The position numbers were made by a program, and so were the translations under genes. Shown in pieces: positions 49,541 to 56,891 of a stretch of 56,891 bases of DNA. This DNA comes from Nemertoderma westbladi. Its lineage: Eukaryota; Animalia; Xenacoelomorpha. Numbering within the stretch: the first letter of the stretch is position 1; each line of letters starts with the position of its first letter. Where the stretch lies: contig JAUCBJ010001461.1 in the NCBI GenBank assembly GCA_032718475.1, positions 1-56,891 on the forward strand, read 5' to 3'. The notes beneath the pieces are model-generated. The model was not told where the DNA came from, did no database searches, and saw nothing but the letters and a program-made list of their open reading frames with translations.

Positions 49541-50928
49541 TCAGTCACAATATTTTGGTGATGGAAGTTTGTCGCTGTTTGTTTGCGCATGATTGGAAAA
49601 GTTGAGGACCCCTGGTGTTGTGGATGTGATGCCTTGAGGGGAATGAGTGAAGAGGCACTGAGAGTTAGAAGTACGTGGGGCGACATTGGAGTTGGGAAGG
49701 GGGAAAGGTGAGTTAGGCAGTGGAAAGGAGTTGTTGGGTGGGGAAACATTGGAGATAGGCAATGGAAAATGGTTGTTAGGTAGGGAAATATTGGAGTTAG
49801 GCAATGGGAAATGGTTGTTAGGTAGGGAAATATTGGAGTTAGGCAAAGGGAAATGGTTGTTAGGTAGGGAAACATTGGAGTTAGGCAATGGGAAAGGGTT
49901 GTTAGGTAGGGAAACATTGGAGTTAGGCAATGGGAAAGGGTTGTTAGGTAGGGAAACATTGGAGTTAGGCAATGGGAAAGGGTTGTTAGGTAGGGAAACA
50001 TTGGAGTTAGGCAATGGGAAAGGGTTGTTAGGTAGGGAAACATTGGAGTTAGGCAGGATGCCAGGACGGATGGAGTGACCGCCAAATCCCTGCATCCAGG
50101 CCGAATTCATATAGGAGGGTAAATCGAAGGGAGTAAAAGGGGGGAAACCAGGTGGTAACCCAGCAACCTGTTGTGCTGGTAACCCAGCAACCTGTTGTGG
50201 TAACCCAGCAACCTGCTGTGGTAACCCAGCAACCTGTTGTTTGGGCTGCGCGGTAGTCGTATTTACTGTTGGCATGGTAACGACAGGAGCCGATGGTAAC
50301 CCCATTTGAGGACAACTAGTTGCCCCGGGTAACTTGCGGGAACACGCTGTGAATTGCGCTAAATTATTAGCGAATGACATTAGTTGGTTCGTCAAGGCAC
50401 TGTCCTCCTTTGTTCTGGTAGTAAAATTATTTCTAACTCCACCCGTAATGTTGGGAGGTGAAGAAGGTAAAACTATTGGTAGAGAGGTACCGGTACCGGA
50501 AGCGGTTAATGGAGGAGACGTGTCTGCAGTTGATGCTGGTGGCCCTGATTGTACAACTGGCCCTGATTGTACAACTGGCCCTGATTGTACAACTGGCCCT
50601 GATTGTACAACTGGTTCTGTCTCAGAAGTTGGCGTTGATTGTGCAGTAGAGGCTGTTGTTAGATCCTTGAGGAGGTTTTCTGCACTCGAGTGTGAACCTA
50701 TTTTATACTGCTGACATGTTCTGCTCGATAGCAGTAACTCTATAGCATTGATTATATTTCCGCTGCAGCCCTTAAGAATAAGTTCCAGAATTTCCTTTTT
50801 GTGGTCTGGGAATATTTTGGTGAGAACATCTGTCGGGGGGAGTTTGTCCCCTGTCTCGTCGATATGATTACTGATGTCCGAAGCCGATAGGCTACTGATG
50901 TCGCTAGATACGTCATCAGGTTTGTCGT
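49541..50928 (-). CDS. DMRT3: DMRT3-like gene, last coding exon (DMA domain and low-complexity tail)
   Basis: Acceptor tttcag before 50928, phase 1 matches the previous exon. I translated the frame by hand: open from DKPDDV through [34 protein letters not shown] (DMA) into ORF 49541-50395. Confidence 0.85.
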
Positions 50929-51694
50929 CTGAAATTGAAATTGAAATTATATTATTATATATTAGATCATCAAATCAACTAATTATTTGTAATGTCCATA
51001 TCAATATCATCCATTTATAGTAGTAGGCCCACATGTATTGATTGAAATATACATTAAAGTGGATTCCACAAACCAAATTGAGAATTGATTTTATTTAGTA
51101 TCGGGTTGATTAGTTTGTTGGCACAGAAAACGATACATTGTTATTCCAATGCGAGATGTTACAATGTTCTCATACAAAGTAATCAGCGAGGACCAACAGA
51201 TTAAACTGAGATAATAAAAATATCGAGAAACTCTTTTGTTATTTGGTTTTAAAGTTGCCAAAATAGTAATTAACATTTCAAAGGGCCTTGGAATCTAATA
51301 CTGTATGATATCAACTGTAATTAGCCGGTATAGAATAGAGGCGGTGGTGAAAGGGATATTAGATTGCCGCATACTATATTGTTATTACAGCAGTGTGATA
51401 TTTCGTTTTAGATACATTTATTTAATAATTTTATCAAGGAAATTTGGCAGAGGAAAATCATTACCATTTATGGTTATTGTATATGAATATATACTGCCTC
51501 CAGCAAAAATATATAATATATTGATACATTTTGTAATTAAAGGATCGAAATATTTTATATCCTGTGGAGGTTTCCTTTTCTATCAAGCATCACCCATAAA
51601 CCACCAGAAATAACCATCGGATCTCATTGGAGATCCGATATGGTATGGTATGGATATGTTAGTTGTCATGGTCACAAACATAACATAAACTCAC

Positions 51695-51896
51695 AGAGAT
51701 GGTTCATCATTAACATCGGCATCGGTACCGATGGAACCGGTTCCGGGTCGCTTTTAGAAGGGCTGTCCTCGCCGTCACTAGCACCGAGGTCCTTGGCTCG
51801 CTGCGCTCCTCCACCTGAGGGGTGGGTTAGACTGCGAACCATCTGGTACTGGTACATAATGGATTGCTCGTGTGCTTGTTGCCGCCGTAACGCAAC
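51695..51896 (-). CDS. DMRT3: DMRT3-like gene, internal exon (end of DM helix: VALRRQQAHEQ...)
   Basis: Acceptor cattaag then GTTGCGTTACGGCGGCAACAAGCA; donor T/GTGAGT at 51695; 202 nt, phases 0 and 1 fit both neighbouring exons. Confidence 0.88.
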
Positions 51897-51970
51897 CTTA
51901 ATGAGTTAAATTATAATAGTAATAATAATATAATTATGACTACAAGATGTTTAACTTCACATTTGTAAAA

Positions 51971-52332
51971 TAATTCTTATATATTTCGGAGGTTCTCTGG
52001 TTCCGCTTACCTGGGCTACCAGTAATTCTTATATATTTCAGAGGTTCTCTGGTTCCGTTTACCTGGGCTGCCAGTAATTCTTATATATTTCAGAGGTTCT
52101 CTGGTTCCGCTTACCTGGGCTACCAGTAATTCTTATATATTTCAGAGGTTCTCTGGTTCCGTTTACCTGGGCTGCCAGTAATTCTTATATATTTCAGAGG
52201 TTCTCTGGTTCCGTTTACCTGGGCTACCAGTAATTCTTATATATTTCAGAGGTTCTCTGGTTCCGCTTACCTGGGCTGCCAGTAATTCTTATATATTTCA
52301 GAGGTTCTCTGGTTCCGCTTACCTGGGCTGCC
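51971..52332. repeat. 52-bp tandem repeat (7 copies) that includes the exon 3' end and the 5' splice site
   Basis: Minus-strand unit GCCCAG/GTAAGC(or GTAAAC)GGAACCAGAGAACCTCTGAAATATATAAGAATTACTG; donor GT at 52322, 52270, 52218, 52166, 52114, 52062, 52010. Confidence 0.93.
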
Positions 52333-52443
52333 ATCACACGTTGGCGTTCAGCAATAAGGACACATTTCTCGCACATACATTCTTTGAATCGGCAGTATCT
52401 TTTGTGACCTTTCAACCAAGAAAGAACACCGTGATTTCTACAT
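52323..52443 (-). CDS. DMRT3: DMRT3-like gene, DM-domain exon
   Basis: (R)[40 protein letters not shown]; [16 protein letters not shown] matches the DMRT3 subfamily as I recall it; flanked by tttcag and GTAAGC. The PKCA-containing exon is not seen in the window. Confidence 0.92.
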
Positions 52444-52715
52444 CTGAAATATGTATTTATAATGTATAATATGTAAATAATAATAATAGTATTCATATAT
52501 ATAAGCTTACATGATATCATCATTAATTAAGAGTTTTGTAGTAGATAGTAGGCCTACTTACAGACTTACTTTCAGTTTTCAGTTTTCGGATTTCCCTGAC
52601 TGCCTGAAAGACATACTTGTGCTGTACTGCACTGTGCTAGGCCTATATACCTGTATACTGATATACCTACAGACCTATATCAACAACCTCTGCCCGTGAG
52701 AGGGCAGAGGGCGCG

Positions 52716-55700
52716 ATGGCCGGCAGCCTGGACGCCTCCGCGATGAACCGGAGCATTGTTGGGCACTCCTCCTGCCCACAGTGCCGCCGGGAAATCGCGG
52801 TAAACTCCGACGGGCGACTCCGTGTCCACGGACCGCTCGCCAGTAGGTGTCCAGGCTCGCGTACCCCCACCGGAACTGTACTCCCTTCATCTCTCCGTCC
52901 TCCTCCTCCTACATCTACACCTCCACCCACTACTTCCACCCCTATTCCTCTACCACCGTGCCCCCCGACTTTCGACTGGGCCACCCTTGGGGAGTGGGAT
53001 GTCTTGGCGCGGCTGCGGAACTGCAAACAACGGCAGCTGCGCCACGTCCCCAGGGCCGCGCGTTCCAACTTTGCAGACCTCCTCGCTGACATCCTCGGGG
53101 AGGTAGCCACGCGGCCCAACGAGCCCCAGGGGTGGCTTAAACTACTGACCGTCAGCCACCACTGCCTCGCTACGCCCAAACGAGGGGGTCGGCGCCACAC
53201 TCGGTCACTCGCTGCCACAATCAACGCGCGAGTGGCCGCCTTCCGTGCCGACCCCTTCGCGGACTCTAACTCCCCCGCCCCCCCAACTGCCACGAAGAAG
53301 CGTGGTGGTGCAGAGCGACTCGCGACGGCCGTAGCCGAAAAGATCGAGGACTCTGACGTGAAGGGCGCCATCCGGTTGGCATCCTCAGCAGACTCACTTG
53401 CGCCCAACACGCCGGAGACACTGGAGGCGTTGCGGAAGAAACACCCCGCACGGCCCGACAACCGCCGTCCAAACCCACCTCCAGTGGACCTCAACACTAC
53501 GGCCTCGCCTTGTTCCTCTACTATCGCCCGCAGACTTATCCTGTCGTTCCCGAGCGGCAGTGCCGGAGGACCAGATGGGTTGCGGCCCCAAATACTCAAA
53601 GACCTGATCTCCCCCACCAACGGAGAGGCCGCGGCCCGTCTTCTACAACGACTCGCGGGATTCCTAAACACCACCACCTCCGGAGAAGTTCCCCTCGCCA
53701 TCCGCCCCACCTTCTACGGCGCGAATCTCTTCGCGTTCACGAAGACGGAGGGTGGGGTGCGCCCGATCGCCGTTGGAAACACTCTGCGGCGACTGGTGGG
53801 GAAATACTCTGGCTTCCTAGCCCAGGGACCCCGTACCTCCTCCTATGGCACTGTCCAGCTCGGGATCGGCACCAAACTCGGCGCTGAAGCGGCGGCCCAC
53901 GCAGCGAGGGCACTCTCCTCCTCCCCGAACCCACCCGGTAGTGTGTTGCTGAAGATCGACTTCAGCAACGCATTTAACTCCATCCGGCGGGATTCCATGC
54001 TCGAAACTGTGTACCAGTGTTACCCCAGCGTGTACAACTCCACGCTGGCGGCGTACGGAGCGCCTAGCTTCCTCCTCCATGGGGAGGATACACTCCTCTC
54101 TGAGGAAGGAGTTCAGCAAGGCGATGCGGACGGACCCCGGCTTTTCGGCGACACGGTGAACCCATTCATCCAGTCGCTGCAGTCGAGGTTTAACATCTGG
54201 TACCTAGACGACGGGAATCTCGCTGACCACTACCGGGTGGTGTTAGACGACCTCCGATCCGTCATCCTCGAGGGAGGTCGTTGCGGACTCCGGATCAACC
54301 CCTCCAAGTCGGAACTCTTCTTCCTTGGGGAGGAATCTCCGGAGTCCCGTCTATCCATCCAACGCAGGTTCGACGAGGTCTGCGAGGGGATTCAGGTGCG
54401 CCCACTAGAAGACCTGAAGATCCTGGGCGCACCCATAGGAGACAATGCCATCGTCTCCTGTCTCGACAACAAACTCGCGGACCTCCGGACTCTCGTCTCC
54501 CGACTCCCTCTTCTCGACTCCCATCACGCCTTCTTCCTCCTGCGGTGCTCCTTCACCATTCCGCGACTGACGTACTTCCTCCGAACGGCTCCGTGTTTCG
54601 ACTTCCCGGGGCTGCTGGAGGAGTACGATTCCATCCAGCGGAGCACCCTGCAGGAGATATCCAACGTCCACCTGGACGACTCCGCGTGGGCACAATCCTG
54701 TTTGCCTGCGCGTTGCGGGGGTCTAGGACTGACCTCGGCTGTGCAGCTCGCACCTTCCGCCTTTCTGGCTTCCGCGGCTGCCTGCTCTGGACTCTCCTAC
54801 TCCCTCTTTGAGTCTCCGGTGGACACCCCCTCCCCATCCCACAACCGTGCCCTCGCTGCGTGGTCAACGACTCTCGACCCTGTCGTGACCCCCGTTCCCC
54901 CGCCTCTAGCGCCACCATCCTTTACACCACCGCCACCGCCACCACACGCAACGCCACCGCCACCATCCGCGACACCACCGCCTCCACCACCCACGACGCC
55001 ACAACCCACGACGCCACCGCCACCAGCCCTGACACCACCGCCTCCACCCACGACGACGCCACCACCCACTACGCCACCGCTACCACCCGCGACATCACCG
55101 CCACAACCCACTACGCCACCGCCACCGCCACCACACGCGACGCCACCGCCACCATCCGCGACACCACCCACGACGCCACAACCCACGACGCCACCGCCAC
55201 CAGCCCTGACACCACCGCCTCCACCCACGACGACGCCACCACCCACTACGCCACCGCTACCACCCGCGACATCACCGCCACAACCCACTACGCCACCGCC
55301 ACCGCCACCACACGCGACGCCACCGCCACCATCCGCGACACCACCCACGACGCCACAACCCACGACGCCACCGCCACCGGCCCTGACACCACCGCCTCCA
55401 CCCACGACGACGCCTCCACCCACTACGCCACCGCTACCACCCGCGACATCACCGCCTCCACCCACGACGCCACAACCCACGACGCCACCGCCACCAGCCC
55501 TGACACCACCGCCTCCACCCACGACGACGCCACCACCCACTACGCCACCGCTACCACCCGCGACATCACCGCCACAACCCACTACGCCACCGCCACCGCC
55601 ACCACACGCGACGCCACCGCCACCATCCGCGACACCACCCACGACGCCACAACCCACGACGCCACCGCCACCGGCCCTGACACCACCGCCTCCACCCACG

Positions 55701-56663
55701 ACGACGCCACCACCCACTACGCCACCGCTACCACCCGCGACATCACCGCCACCACCCACTACACCACCGCTACCACCCACGACACCACCGCCACTGTCCG
55801 CAACACCAACCACCCCCGCTGCTTTTCCGTCCGCGGCCACGAAGCAGTGGGCCTACCTGGCCCCTGTCCACGAGGCCAGGCTAACAGCCCTGCGGGAGTC
55901 CCTCCCACCATCCGGGGTGGCGAGGTTGAACTCCCTGGACCACCCTGCCGCAGGCTGCTGGCTTGACGCCATCCCCGTCAGCTCTCTGGGACTGAAGCTG
56001 ACGGACTCGCAGTTCCGGATCTCGGTCGGCACTCGCCTTGGGAGCAGGCTAACCGAGCCCCACAGCTGTGCCCGGTGTGGCAAGGATGTTCTGTCGGATG
56101 GCCTTCATGGGCTATCCTGCTCTAGGAGCCTCGGCAGACTTCCGCGCCACTCAATGGTTAACGACATTGTTCGCCGGGCGCTCATCAGCTGTGGCGTCCC
56201 CGCTACGCTCGAGCCTCTAGGCTTGTGTAGAGGGGATGGGAAGCGAGTAGATGGCGTCACCCTGGTCCCGTGGAGCCGCGGACGGTTCCTCACGTGGGAC
56301 GCGACGGTGGCGGACCCTCTGGCACCCAGCCACCTCGCCCAGACTCTATTCGCGGGAGGCCGTACTGCGGAGGAAGCGGAATCTATAAAGATCCGCAAAT
56401 ATCAGGAACTCATGGACCGGGGCTACCTCTTCCACCCGGTGGCCTACGAGACATTGGGCCGCCCCGGCCCTGAAACATCCGAGTTCCTGAAGGAGATCGG
56501 GGCCAGACTCCACTCTGTCATCCAGGAGCCCCGATCTCGCCGTTTCCTCCTGCAGAGGCTGGCAATCGCCATCCTAGTTGGCAATGCGGCCTCCATCATA
56601 GGGACTGTGGACCCCTCACTCAACAATAACGAGGGACTCTACGAGACGGTCCACGGTCCCTAA
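52716..56663 (+). CDS. Single-ORF retrotransposon protein: N-terminal Zn finger, RT, Pro/Thr insert, CCHC knuckle, restriction-like endonuclease
   Basis: CPQC...H...C; SAGGPDGLRP, GGVRPIAVG, KIDFSNAFNS, GVQQGD, WYLDD, GGLG; CARC...HGLSC; RH, KRVDG, WDATV, E..K..KY. Confidence 0.93.
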   Translation: MAGSLDASAMNRSIVGHSSCPQCRREIAVNSDGRLRVHGPLASRCPGSRTPTGTVLPSSLRPPPPTSTPPPTTSTPIPLPPCPPTFDWATLGEWDVLARLRNCKQRQLRHVPRAARSNFADLLADILGEVATRPNEPQGWLKLLTVSHHCLATPKRGGRRHTRSLAATINARVAAFRADPFADSNSPAPPTATKKRGGAERLATAVAEKIEDSDVKGAIRLASSADSLAPNTPETLEALRKKHPARPDNRRPNPPPVDLNTTASPCSSTIARRLILSFPSGSAGGPDGLRPQILKDLISPTNGEAAARLLQRLAGFLNTTTSGEVPLAIRPTFYGANLFAFTKTEGGVRPIAVGNTLRRLVGKYSGFLAQGPRTSSYGTVQLGIGTKLGAEAAAHAARALSSSPNPPGSVLLKIDFSNAFNSIRRDSMLETVYQCYPSVYNSTLAAYGAPSFLLHGEDTLLSEEGVQQGDADGPRLFGDTVNPFIQSLQSRFNIWYLDDGNLADHYRVVLDDLRSVILEGGRCGLRINPSKSELFFLGEESPESRLSIQRRFDEVCEGIQVRPLEDLKILGAPIGDNAIVSCLDNKLADLRTLVSRLPLLDSHHAFFLLRCSFTIPRLTYFLRTAPCFDFPGLLEEYDSIQRSTLQEISNVHLDDSAWAQSCLPARCGGLGLTSAVQLAPSAFLASAAACSGLSYSLFESPVDTPSPSHNRALAAWSTTLDPVVTPVPPPLAPPSFTPPPPPPHATPPPPSATPPPPPPTTPQPTTPPPPALTPPPPPTTTPPPTTPPLPPATSPPQPTTPPPPPPHATPPPPSATPPTTPQPTTPPPPALTPPPPPTTTPPPTTPPLPPATSPPQPTTPPPPPPHATPPPPSATPPTTPQPTTPPPPALTPPPPPTTTPPPTTPPLPPATSPPPPTTPQPTTPPPPALTPPPPPTTTPPPTTPPLPPATSPPQPTTPPPPPPHATPPPPSATPPTTPQPTTPPPPALTPPPPPTTTPPPTTPPLPPATSPPPPTTPPLPPTTPPPLSATPTTPAAFPSAATKQWAYLAPVHEARLTALRESLPPSGVARLNSLDHPAAGCWLDAIPVSSLGLKLTDSQFRISVGTRLGSRLTEPHSCARCGKDVLSDGLHGLSCSRSLGRLPRHSMVNDIVRRALISCGVPATLEPLGLCRGDGKRVDGVTLVPWSRGRFLTWDATVADPLAPSHLAQTLFAGGRTAEEAESIKIRKYQELMDRGYLFHPVAYETLGRPGPETSEFLKEIGARLHSVIQEPRSRRFLLQRLAIAILVGNAASIIGTVDPSLNNNEGLYETVHGP
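54890..55815 (+). repeat. In-frame Pro/Thr-coding tandem repeat (higher-order unit about 177 bp)
   Basis: PPPHATPPPPSATPPTTPQPTTPPPPALTPPPPPTTTPPPTTPPLPPATSPP repeated about 5 times. Confidence 0.92.
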
Positions 56664-56891
56664 CCCCCCCCCCTCCCCCCCCCCCCCCCCCGATACTCAT
56701 TGTGCTTAGTAGTATAGTCACCAACGGTTGATGGTTTCTAACGAGTCGGACATACAAAACAATAATAGTATTTATTTTCTATTCCCCTAAAAGTCTGGTT
56801 CATATATATATACTTCTATGTACTCTTATTATTAACATAATTAAATTGCAGAAGTGAAGGCTGCTGCAAAGAGCATTAAGACCAAACGTTC

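Larger units (their letters stand above)
52683..56770 (+). mobile_element. CRE-like non-LTR retrotransposon (RLE type), antisense within the DMRT intron; boundaries approximate
   Basis: GC-rich island in AT-rich intron carrying a single intact ORF; no clear TSD identified. Confidence 0.85.

Noticed and set aside
52570-52603. 34-nt minus-strand micro-exon (tttcag...gtaagt) as the missing first DM exon
   Set aside because: Does not encode PKCA and the phase-compatible frame contains a stop; at most a non-coding or poison exon.
7020-56626. Antisense and alternate-frame ORFs overlapping the retroelement genes
   Set aside because: Shadow ORFs of GC-rich or repetitive coding sequence with no independent motifs.
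56846-56891. Possible plus-strand exon start (ttgcag then EVKAAAKSIKTKR)
   Set aside because: Too short and cut by the window edge to support.

Overview
Repeat-dense animal (eukaryotic) genomic window. A DMRT3-like (DM + DMA domain) gene lies on the minus strand at about 49.5-52.4 kb; its first coding exon appears to be outside the window. Its upstream intron contains an antisense, intact CRE-like (RT + restriction-like endonuclease) non-LTR retrotransposon with a ~310-aa Pro/Thr insertion. Downstream of the gene are an 8.6-kb 27-bp satellite whose core unit matches the Doublesex/DM binding consensus, a MITE-like element, a CR1-like fragment, and a ~10-kb 53/56-bp satellite. That satellite is interrupted at the same position of its unit (GGGA-CTA/CC) by two full-length retroelements. 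The first is a young 14.2-kb BEL/Pao LTR element with no tRNA-type PBS and an extra intact ORF encoding a DEDDy-like 3'-5' exonuclease plus three CCHC zinc knuckles. The second is a 7.4-kb APE-type LINE whose ORF1 carries a Cys-rich domain and a Ulp1/SENP-like protease. All domain calls come from motif recognition by eye; no searches were run.
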